Origin: Rhina ancylostomus
Taxonomy: Eukaryota
DNA: 60,747 nucleotides
Assembly: GCA_030265395.1 (NCBI GenBank)
Contig: JARFYF010000094.1
Span: forward strand, 91,110,974-91,171,720
Direction: 5' to 3'
Part shown: one piece after another, positions 24,985 through 36,224 of the stretch
Layout of the letters: each line of letters begins with the position of its first letter
How positions within the stretch are numbered: position 1 is the stretch's first letter
Translations under genes and position numbers: made by a program
Notes under the pieces: generated by a model
What the model saw: the letters and a program-made list of their open reading frames with translations, nothing else
The model's database searches: none
Told to the model about the DNA's origin: nothing

Positions 24985-25260
24985 GAAGCCAAGTTGCTTC
25001 TGACTTGGAAGCCAAGTTGCTTCTGACTTGGAAGCCAAGTTGCTTCTGACTTGGAAGCCAAGTTGCTTCTGACTTGGAAGCCAANNNNNNNNNNNNNNNN
25101 NNNNNNNNNNNNNNNNNNNNNNNNNNNNNNNNNNNNNNNNNNNNNNNNNNNNNNNNNNNNNNNNNNNNNNNNNNNNNNNNNNNNACTTGGAAGCCAAGTT
25201 GCTTCTGACTTGGAAGCCAAGTTGCTTCTGACTTGGAAGCCAAGTTGCTTCTGACTTGGA
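24985..25260. repeat. 23-bp minisatellite (gaagccaagttgcttctgacttg)n spanning an assembly gap
   Basis: At least 4 perfect units before and 3 after the 100-N gap; no spacers. Confidence 0.95.
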
Positions 25261-25829
25261 AAATGGCATTGGTGCCTCTGGGGAGGAGGTATAAGAAAAT
25301 GTAGCATTTCCATTTTCCCACAGGAAAGATAAATACTGGATTTCCACATAAGCAAATCACAGTTCTGTTTTTTCTTTGGCCAATAATGTCTCTTTCTTTT
25401 CAATGTAGACATGGTAGCCTGTTGTGTGCAGTTAAAACATTATTCAAACATGTGTTTCTCTTTAAACCAGCAATGGCAATTCAAAGTCAGGTGAAATGGA
25501 TTCCAAAAATAGGGATTTTCTGCATATATTAGCCTTCTTATGGAGATTGCAACCTATCATTTGAAACCAAACAGAGGAAATTTATAGCCGAATGTCCTGA
25601 AGCACCCATTCTAAAAGTGCCTGCATTTACCTGTGGTACCTGTTGTATTTGTAAGTTGTGCAAAACTAGCACCATAGTAAGTTTAAAAACATGCCAACGA
25701 AACAACTTTGGAAAAATAAATCTGCATGCTGAATCCTTACTCCGTCCATATGATGATGATTTTAAGTTGCGTTTCTCAATAAAACTGATATGGCCTCTCC
25801 ACCACCATCTGCTTCGAAGGCGAATGTAA

Positions 25830-26460
25830 GAAACAGAAGCTGGAGTAGGCCATTCAGCCTCATGTCTGTTGTGCCATTCAATAAGATCATGTCCAGTCTC
25901 TTATCTCAGCACCACTTTTCTACATTAAGATATCTTTATTAGTCACATGTACACTGAAACACAGTGAAATGCAGCTTTTGCGTAGAGCGTTCTGTGGGAA
26001 GCCCGCAAGTGTCGCCACACTTCCAGCACCAACAAAGTATGCCCACAACTTCCCAACCCGTACATCTTGAATGTGGGAGGAAACTGGAAGACCCATTCCC
26101 ATATCTCTTGATTCCTTTGGCATCTAAATATCTATGGATCTCTGACTTGAATATACTCAGTGACTGAGCCTCTACACTACTCTTAGATAGAGAATGCCAG
26201 TCATCCTTTTACTTTGAGACTGTGATTCCTGGTTCTAGACACTCCAACTAGGGGGAAATGACAGTTTTGAGTCTACCATGTAAGAATTTTGTATGTTTCA
26301 ATGAGATCATCTCTCATTCTTCTAATCTCGACAAATATAGGTCCATTCCACTAAATCTCACCTCATGACGAACTTGCCATCCCAGGAATCATTCAGTGCC
26401 CTCCCTCTATCACAATTATATCTTCCCTTGGGTAGGGAGATCAAACCTGCACACAAGAAC
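25830..26460 (-). mobile_element. CR1 3' end split by a truncated V-domain SINE (~25923-26092)
   Basis: Flanks are collinear with the CR1 end at 10830-11270; insert carries gaatgtgggaggaaactgga (V-core, reversed). Confidence 0.7.
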
Positions 26461-26514
26461 ATCAGCCCCAATTTCACACTGTATGATACTAATAATATTA
26501 ATTTTATGCATTAG

Positions 26515-26709
26515 ATGATAATGACGGAGCGTCATATTATGCTGTGGCAGTAGTAAAAAAATCGAGTCATAATTCCTTCACCATTGATCAGCTGAAAGGA
26601 AAGAAATCTTGTCACACTGGGCTGAACAGAACAGCTGGCTGGAACATCCCCATTGGTACACTGATTGAGAAAGGTGAAATCAAGGCCCAACAATGCAAGA
26701 TTGGTAAAG
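26515..26709 (+). CDS. MELTF: Melanotransferrin exon 11-equivalent ([16 protein letters not shown]...[18 protein letters not shown]...KIGK)
   Basis: attag|AT...AAAG|gtgag, 195 nt; canonical anion-binding SCHTGxxRTAGW. Confidence 0.96.
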
Positions 26710-26829
26710 GTGAGAAAGATTTATTTAGCAGTAAACATACTTTGCCTTTCAGTACCCAACAAAAACTTACTTATTAGTTAATGTGGAATAACATTCCTTG
26801 ATTGTTGGCTTTCATCTTTTGGAAATGAA

Positions 26830-27720
26830 TACAAGTTGAGTTTAATGTCATGTGCACAAGTACGGTGAGGTACAGGTATGATGAAAAACTTGCTTGCAGC
26901 AGCATCACAGACATGTAGATACAGACAACAGAGAATATAAATTGCACATAAAATGATACCATATGGTGGGGGAAAGAAAAGACTGTGTGCAAAAGCAAGA
27001 CCTTAGTGCAAAAAAGAACAAACAATCAAAGGCAATTCTATGATTGTGCAAGAGGTGTTCAATTGTTCATGGTGTTCCATTGCTGAGGTAAGGTTAGGGT
27101 TGTGCAGGTTCAGGAACCTGATAGTTGTAGGAAAGTACAGTAGCTCTTCCTGAACTTGGTGGTGTACAAACCAGAGAGGATTGGAAAATGGGTGATATAA
27201 CGATCATTCCAATGTATCTTGTCAGGCCTGAGTGTGAATTGAATAAATGTAAATTGTCACTTAAAACAAATCCTTACAAGGTATTGATTTATTATTGTCA
27301 CTTGTACCGAGGTACAGTGAAAAACTTGTCTTGCACACCGTTCATACAGATCAATTCATTACACAGTGCATTAAGATAGTACAGGGTAAAAAACATTAAC
27401 AGAGTACAAAGTGTCACAGCTACAGGGAAGTGCATTGCAGGTAGACAATAAGATGCAGGGTCATAAGGTAGATTGTGAGGTCATAAGGTAGATTGTGAGG
27501 TCAAGAGTCCATCTCATCATACAAGGGAACTGTTCAACAGTCTTATCACAGTGGGATGGAAGCTGTCCTTGAGCCTAGTGATATATGCCCTCAGTCTCCT
27601 GTATCTTCTGCCTGATGGGAGAGGGGAGAAGAGAGAATGACCCGGGTGGGTGGGGTCTTTGATTATGCTGTCTGCTTCACTGGGGCAACGAGAGGTATAG
27701 ACAGTCCATGGAGGGTAGGC
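26830..27720 (-). mobile_element. Two related LINE 3' ends (Rex1/Babar-like)
   Basis: Repeated tail ttatt/taatgtca...gaggtacag...gaaaaacttg at ~26840 and ~27290; gaagctgtccttgagcct...ctgtatcttctgcctgatgg. Confidence 0.5.
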
Positions 27721-28407
27721 TGAATTTTTATTCTGAAAAGTGGAGTCTCAATCAAGTAATTGAAATTAAGAGAATAAATAAAGTGGATCTTGGTAATGTG
27801 CATCATATTGTTGCAGTCTCCAGATACACACAATAAAGGCTCAATATTCATTCTGTTACTTTCACCTTTCCTTTGTTAACTCCTCTTTACAATTGCAGCT
27901 TGCTATCATCTGATGGGTAGATTGTCATGCAGCAGGGAGACAGTCTTTCTGCATCAGTTGAAGAAATAATCCATGGAAGCATTACCTCTGTGACAAATTA
28001 CTGGGAATGAATGGGATGGTCTCAGATTTCTAGCAAATGGAGGCAATATCATGGACGTGAAAATAGGGAAAAGAGTATTGTTTAAATCTTGCTCAACTGC
28101 AAGTGTAGATGTTACATTTCCCACCTCTGTGACTCTATATTATTTCATTACTTAAAAGTTCAATGATCAAATTGGAATTGTTCTTTCTTCACACATTTTG
28201 AAATTGATCCATTAAACAACATTAAGAACAGTGCATCGTGAACTATAGGGAACTTTTAATACCATAAATGCTTCATATACAGATCTTCCCAAATGTGCAT
28301 AGAAGTGTATCCCAGCACCTATCAATCTAACAGACAGGATTTTCAACATGCATAATATCGTTACTTGCCGTTGGGGGAGAGATCTTTTAGCTAATATTTG
28401 CTGTAAT

Positions 28408-28700
28408 GTAAGAACATAAGAAATAGGAGCAAGAGTAAGCCATATGGCCTTCAAGCCTAATCAGTCATTCAGTAAGCTCTGATTTTGGTCTCAGCTTTAC
28501 TTTCATCAAAATCCTTGACTCCCCTCTTGACCAAAATCTGTCTACCTTAGCCTTAACTAATTTCAAGAATTAAGCCTCTACATCTCTGTGGGTTAGAGAA
28601 TTCCAAAGATTCACAACCCTGTGAGGGGAAATTCCTTCATCTCCATCTTAGAAGGGCAACCCCTTATTCTGAAACGATGCCTGCTCATTTTAGATATAGG
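28408..28700 (-). mobile_element. CR1 3' end fragment
   Basis: taagaacataagaaataggagcaagagtaagccat...gagaattccaaagattcacaaccct. Confidence 0.75.
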
Positions 28701-28725
28701 CCTAATTGTTCCTGATAAGAGTTGA

Positions 28726-28935
<210 letters not shown>

Positions 28936-30949
28936 TAATCTTAGACCACATTGTTACATTTTTGTACAGGATGGATGTACTGAAAGAAGACCCATTTGCA
29001 TGCCAATTCTTGGAGCTGCACCCTAACAGGATGGAATAAATTTTCAACCGGCTGTCCAGATACAAGATGAATTTGTTGCCCGCTTTGGAAACTACCTGAT
29101 TTCAGTTCTGCTGAAATCAATGCAAATAAAAATGGGTGGTTGTGGAATGAGGGGGTGACCTGTATTGACAAGTTTAATGTCCACCCAGGTGGCAACTAGT
29201 AATTCTATCCAAAGAAGTTATTTCAATTGATGTCACTCTCGTGCACCTAGAAATAGTGAACTAGAGTGTGTCTGTGGCAAGGTTCTGCAAGAAAATTTTT
29301 CACTTGCCTCTGTAACTAGGTACATGGATCCCAACAAAATGGGGCAATTAGGATAGAAATCAGAAATGAGAGGCAACATATCTTTTCAAGAGAAAAGATC
29401 CAGTGCAGAATTAAAGGTTACAAAATCCTTGTCAAGCATTTCTCTTTTGTTGAGACCATTGCTGCTTTTGAACTTTGTTATCATTAACATGGCACCAATG
29501 ACCTTGCCTCGTTTTTACCTTACTGAGATCTGAGTACCTTTTGTTGTGGAGCTTTAGATCAGGATAGAAGTTTATTGCTAGAGCTATGTTAGAAAGAGGT
29601 TTTATTGTGATAACAAAAATGAAACTGTAGCAAAAAAAACCAGGTTACCAGAAAATACATGGAGGAATGGGATTGATGGGATTTCTTCAAGAGCCAGCAT
29701 AGACTTGATGGGCCAGATGACATCGTACTATATCATGAGAAATATTAATCTTATGAAAGCAATTTCTTTGGGGGATAAAGGGTGAATATGCTGACTTGAA
29801 TATAATATTTATGTTACTCTGGTTCGTTAGCTACAGCGTCTCTGGAATGTATGTTGGGAAAAGGGGAATATGGGAAGCAACTTATTTTATTCAAAAAATA
29901 TGCAGATCAATGTAATTTCTGTGACCTCCACTAGATGGTTGAAGAGCTTGTGAATGGCAGGGTGTATCTCTGTCCCAGTGGAATGACATGGCTCAGGTCG
30001 CATTTCAATTGTAGAGAAATTAAAGAAATTATTATGGTTTTTCTATATGATATACTATATATGACTATTTTGCTGACTTGACTGCATGGTGTTTAATAAT
30101 TTTAGATGGGTAGAGAATGAGAAAGATATCTTAAAGAGCAGTAATGCTGTGCAAAAATGACACAGACACCTGCAGTTGGCAAAGGCAAATTTAATTGCAG
30201 TTGAAACCAGATGTGAGAGGTAGAATTTACAGCTGTAAGCTACTTTACATGATAAGGTTGTGCTATATCATCATCTGAGGCTATAAAATCTGATTGTTAA
30301 AACAATAAAATCTTAGCAGTTGCACAATTTAAAGTATGCATGGTGTAAAACATAGCTAAATTATAAATGGACTGTGGAAGCAGAAATGTTACAATTTATA
30401 TATAAAGAATAGGTTAAGATACTCACTCACAAATTTATGCCATTAATTACCATATTAATTTACAAGAGAAGCCTAGATTCTTGAAAGTGACACCTTAATT
30501 TGCTACTGATAAGTTTAAAAAATTCAATCTGTAGATGTTCAATTGAACTAAGATCAACTGGCAAAGTAATTTACATGTGATCATGTACACCAGTCAATAC
30601 AATTAAGTGTCTCATTTCAGATTTGGTACAGGCATTAAATGTGGAAAATGAAACTGAATTGGAATGTTTAGGCTGAGAGCATAGAACTGGAAACTTATTA
30701 CACATAGGAATACAAAGGAACCTTGACATTTTGTAATTTCATAGCATAGCATGTTTATATACCAGCAACTTCTCTATTGCTTTGGTTAGTTTTTTAGGCA
30801 TCTGTCAGAATACAGAGAATAGATGCAATCCAACATGGAAAAAATAGTTCAGAGGTGAGGATCTACTACTCATGGTTAAATAAATAAGTTAACGATACTA
30901 TCAACCCTAGAGAAAAAACACGTAATTGTGTGAAGTCAGATGGCCGGTC

Positions 30950-32648
30950 ACAAGTTTGGAAAAAATATTTAAAAAAAGCAACTAATGACTAAAACATTAA
31001 TAAAGCAAAAATTAGAATTTGAGAGAATGCAAGCTAGAAATGTGAAAACATAAGAGTCTTCAAAGCTATTTAAGAAAAGTTAATCCAGTGAGCATTGGTC
31101 CTATAAAACATAATAATGGAAAGTAAAGAGATGGCGGATGAATTGAACAGATATTTGCATTGGTTTCCACTAAGGGTATAAGTGATAGGAATAGCTGTAA
31201 ATCAGGAAATCAAAGAGGGGTACTTGGGAAAATTTCCATCATCAGGGAAGTGGAACTCAGCAAACTGTTGGACCTGCAGACTGACAAATGCACAGATCCT
31301 AATGGATGTCATCCTAGGGTCTTGAAAGAAACTGGTAGGGAGATAGTTTCAATTTTTCAAAATTTCCTAAATTTAGGAAAGGTTCCATTAGGTTGGAAAA
31401 CAGAAAATATAGCTCCTTTATTCTAAAAGGAAGATAAAAGCAGGAAACTGTAGCCATTTAGCTTAATGTCTGTCGTGGGAGAATGTTGGAAGTTTTTATT
31501 AAAGACATTTTAGCAAGACACAATGTTTGAGGTAATAAGGCAAAGTCAACATAGTTTTGTGAAATGGAAGTCATGTTTGACCAACTAAAGAGAGAAGAAA
31601 CACGTGCTGTAGATGAAGGGGAACCAATGGATGGATGTTGAGAAAACATTTGATAATATGCTACATCAGAGGTTATTGCGAAAAATGAAAGCTTCTTGTG
31701 TCAGGGTATTATGCTGGTGTGAATAGAAGATCACCTTTCTAACAGAAAACATAGTAGGCATAAATATGATTTTTGTTGTCAAGATGTAATGAGTGGAGTG
31801 GGCCTCAGTTAGGGTCTCAACCCCTTTACAATTTATATAACTGTCTCGGATGAAGGGACTGAAGATATTGTTTTTTTTGATGACATAGAGTGGAATGTAA
31901 GCCATGAAGAGGATATGAGGCTACAAAAAGATCAGAAAAGTTGTGGCAGATGTGGAATATCATGTAGTATAATTCTGCATTTCCAGTTTGACAAGAAAAA
32001 TACAAAAAAAAGTATATTATCTATGAGATTGCAGATCTTTGAGGTGCACAGGGATTTGGTTGTCTGAATGCATGATTCATAGAAGGCTAAAAGTCAGGGC
32101 AGCGAGTAATTGTGAAAACTAGTAGCACATTACTGTTAAGGGAATTGAATACAAAAGTAGAGAGGTTAACCTTTAGTTATACAGGGCATTGATGAGACCA
32201 CATCTGGAGAACTGGGGATAAGATGGATCTCCTTTAGGGAAGGATTGAACTGCTTCCAATGCAGTTACAAGAAGGTCTACCTGGCCAATACCTGCAGCAA
32301 AGGCATTTTGAGGACCGGATGAACAGGGTAGGCTTGTTTCCACTGGAATTTACCAGAGTGAGAGATAACAATTGAAACATACAAGGTCCTGAGGGAATGT
32401 GACTGCGTGAATATGAACTGAGGGCTGTAAGTCTTTGGAACTCTCTTCAAAGGCAGTGGAAGCAGAATCTTTATATATACTTTAAGGCAGAGGTTGATAG
32501 ATTTCTGATAATCACAGCGTTAAAGTTTATGGATACAAAGGGCATGCAGAGTTGAAGTTACAATGGGATCAACCATGATCTTGTTAAATGAATGAGAAGA
32601 CTTGAGGGGCCAAATGGCTTATTCCTGATCCTGATTTGTATTTTTCTT
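30950..32648 (+). mobile_element. Degenerate CR1 LINE, 3' tail abutting the MELTF exon 13 acceptor
   Basis: ORF 31160-31426 (DK..DPNGCHPRVLKE...IFQNFLNLGKVPLGWK.ENIAPLF); tail gaggggccaaatggcttattcctgatcctgatttgtat. Confidence 0.88.
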
Positions 32649-32659
32649 AAAATCAATAG

Positions 32660-32724
32660 GTGTCTTGTAGAAGTGGGGGATGTGGCATTTGTCAAACATA
32701 CAACAGTTATTGATAACACTGATG
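32660..32724 (+). CDS. MELTF: Melanotransferrin exon 13-equivalent ([21 protein letters not shown])
   Basis: aatag|G...GATG|gtaag, 65 nt; GDVAFVKH motif. Confidence 0.95.
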
Positions 32725-33870
32725 GTAAGTCCAGTTGGTTATTTTCTCCATTCCTTCAGCTTTCATGGTTTCTCAAAGCCCTCATCTTGATTTTCTTTCA
32801 GTTATATTTCTTCTTTCCAATTTCTCTCTCCACTGTCAGTCCACTTTCTCAGTATCCTGGTCAAAGGAAGTTTTGATCTATCCAACTAGTTCCAGAGTTC
32901 AATTGAACTGTGTACTTGGCTTTTGATTGCTGCCAAAGTACCTTTCAATATCATCCTAAAGTTACATATGCTATTGTTAGTTATCTCTTCTGAGCTTCTG
33001 ACAACCCTTCATCAAAATTATTGTGGATTACAGCAAGCCATTTTTTGTTTCAGGACTTATCTTGTCAATAACCTTAGCAGTGTACAGTAACCAGGATTTT
33101 TGCAGGGGTATCAAGGTGCTTACAGCCATACACACTTTTTTGGCCTTTTGAACAATACGTTATGATTACTATTGATCATTTCTAGCTTAGTGCTCCCCTG
33201 TGGCATTTGTGACTAAGGCAAGCAACACCATGAGAGTGAAACATCTTTATTAAAACCGTGTAGATTCTAAACCAGGAACTGTAAAATCATCCACAGGAAG
33301 CAAAATAAAGAGCAGGATAAATATGAGATTAAGAGATCAAAGACTCTAGAAAAGAATTTAAAATAGAAAATCTGCAATAATACTCAAAGAATGAGATCCA
33401 CATTTGAGAAGTTAAATTTTCAATGCCAGATGGATTGTTTAGCAATAACTATGACGTAACCAAGCTCTAATTGCCTTAACCTTTTCTGATAATGTAAGTA
33501 CTCCAAATCCATGCCCATGCATAGATTCCAATGTAGAATCTACTGACCATGATATTGGTGTAATGGAACTTTATGGCGGGCAAGTTGAACATTAACTTAT
33601 GGATTTCCAATTTACGTGTGTGTGTGTGTGTAGACTGCAGAAACTGCCCGCCAGTTTACTCCATAATAATATTCAAAGACTTCTTCCATCTCACCATGAT
33701 GCTTATTGTCCAAGGCATCACTTCAATACAATTAGCTGCAAGTTTTCTCCACTGTAAACATATTTCAGTTTCTGAAGTTTTCCCTTGTGATTCAGCTGTC
33801 TGGTATGGGGGATAATCAGCCAGAAAGCTGTTCCCTACATCACTTTTAACATAGTCCTTGTCTTTCAGCG

Positions 33871-33916
<46 letters not shown>

Positions 33917-34631
33917 NNNNNNNNNNACCACCCCCCCCCCCCCCCACCCCTGACTACACCAACAGCTGTCACTTAGTTTCTGAGAATTATTTACAATGCA
34001 CAAAAATGCTATATCATCCACAATCCTTTCAGCAGTTCTACAAATGCAATTTACTTGGTTCCACTGCCCAAAACTTTCCTAAATCTCTCTTTGAATTTTT
34101 CCAAGTATTATTCCTTTTCCTTTCAAAAACAATTATAAATTGTGCTTTCACCCACATTTTCTAGCAGGGAAATACAAAATTCTAAAATTTTCAATATGTA
34201 CAAAGTTATGTATTCCTAATTATTTCCAGCATTCTTTTGATCTGTTATTTTCCTCAACATGCACCTTGGATTTCCCTGCATTGAACTTCATCTTCCACCT
34301 ATCTGCATATTCCATTCACCTCCAACTTTCTCCATTCTTTCTAGTAGTTTGTCTCTGGGGCATACCAAATATCTGCATAATCCCAAGCCAAAAATATTTA
34401 GTCTTACTTTTTGCCTTCAGTTCATTAGAAGTTCTTCCAGTGAAGTTAAATCTTAACTTTAATATCATTGCCTTAATTTTTATTACAAGATTTTTGTCTG
34501 ATGCATCAAATATCTGTACATTTGTGCAATTAATTTATTTATACATACTGTCCTGGGATGACAATTTTCTTTTTAGAAATGTGCTTGTTGATATTCAAAT
34601 TTAGATTTATGAATGTGAATTTCTACATTAG

Positions 34632-34819
34632 GGAAAAACGTGGAACCCTGGGCAGTAAATCTAACATCCAGTGATTACCAGCTGCTGTGTCTGAATGGAG
34701 GTCGGGCAGAAGTGGATCAGTGGGAGGACTGTAACTTGGCCAAGGTTCCATCTCATGCAGTGATGGTCCATCCTTCCACACCCACCACTGTTGTCTTTGG
34801 GTTACTTGACAAAGGACAG
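34632..34819 (+). CDS. MELTF: Melanotransferrin exon 14-equivalent (GKNVEPWA...YQLLCLNGGRA...CNLAKVPSHAVMV...DKGQ), GC donor
   Basis: attag|GG...CAG|gcaagt, 188 nt, identical in size and phase to N-lobe exon 7; His ligand in VPSHAV. Confidence 0.94.
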
Positions 34820-35099
34820 GCAAGTAATCTCTGTATGTCAGCTAGATTAGCGAAAACTAACAAATTAATGTCAGCCTAAATTTAAAGACTGAGCCGTGAG
34901 ACTTTTGACTGCTCTCTCAGCAACTGCAGATCAATCGTCCCTTTAACCCTCTCAATCTGGGATCCTCAGCTCACGTAATATGCATTCTGATGTTTCCAAT
35001 GTTGGTACCAACTGAAATAAAAACACAGCAGGCCAGGTAGCTGCTGTGGAAAGAGAAACACAATCAGCATTTTAGGTTGAAGACCTTCCATCACCTGCA

Positions 35100-36190
35100 C
35101 AGTTTTTGCCAAGCCGATCCCTGGCTTCACCCCAGTCAATTTTTGTCTTGTTGGAAATTCTCTCTAACTCAGCTCTATTCAGGCTTATCTTTATCCATTA
35201 ATCTCACCACCTTTTCCTCCTTAGCCCTTGATTACATTCCTACTTAATTGATGATGACGTATTTCTTTAATTTTCCAAGTTGCAAACACTTTCACTTCAA
35301 CTTTCCCACTGCCTGTATACCCATCAACTGCAAACATTAACCTTACTTCAGTGAATCTGTCATTAGCCTATTTCTCCTGAAACAAGCTATTTCATCACTT
35401 TGTTCCAGCTTCTGACCCATCACTCAAATGATCACTGTCATGTATGATATCTGCTGTATCAATGGCGCATTATCCTTTTTCATGCTTGTAGAGACAGTAC
35501 TGCAGAATTTGACAGTTGACTCCATTATTCTCCTCTAGGTATTCATCTACTTGATTCTGCCCTTCTAAGTACAGCTAAGATATGTCTAACAATTGCTCCT
35601 TCTATCCCCACAAGTGGTCCATCCTTGAATATTTTCTTTATCTATATGATTGAGAATTGGCAAGTCTAGCAGAAGACATGAAACTAGCTTTCACGTGAAC
35701 TTTATCCACCTTGCACTCTACATTACCAGCACTAATCCAATATGTTCTACCTCTCTGCTGTCACATTGCATGTTCAAATACCTGATGCTCAGTATTAGGA
35801 ATATTGGTTTCAGCCTGTCATGAATTTCACTTCTCTGGGTCAAACTCAATGCACCTCTCAGCTATTGTCTTGGTTTGAATCAGTTCATTAACTTGGTATT
35901 GCTTCAAACCAGAGCTTAGCTTTAAGCATATTGTTTACATTACTGACACTATGTCCACCTTAGCAACTTTGCTTGCCACTATCCCTTCCTTTAATATTTG
36001 CTGCTGAAATTTAACAAGCATCTATTAGCTTCAGATTGAATTACTTCAGTGTTTTCCTTGCTGGCTGTACAACTTCTATAACTTTCAATATGTTCAAAAC
36101 CCAGTTGCAAGTATTTTGCTTCAACCAATGTCTCACAAATTTAGATCTGCCTGTGGGTTGTGAGGTTAATTCTATCACTCACCCACTAAC
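35100..36190 (+). mobile_element. Very old L2-like LINE RT remnant
   Basis: Traces of FDTVDxxILL (tttgacagttgactccattattctc) and PQGSIL (cccacaagtggtccatccttg). Confidence 0.5.
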
Positions 36191-36224
36191 TAGTGCACAG
36201 GTGATTGGTAGAATCTTGAGAGGA

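Noticed and set aside
24985-25260. Partly palindromic short direct repeats resembling a CRISPR array
   Set aside because: Units are contiguous with no spacers, there are no cas genes, and the context is a vertebrate intron; it is a minisatellite.
27459-27503. 20-bp tandem duplication; similar small duplications at ~7240-7285 and 8183-8235
   Set aside because: Ordinary slippage duplications in TE or intron sequence with no splice or coding consequence.
33874-33950. Long poly-G then poly-C tract (poly-Pro ORF, apparent G4 or hairpin)
   Set aside because: Homopolymer running into a gap; length unreliable and typical of sequencing artefacts.
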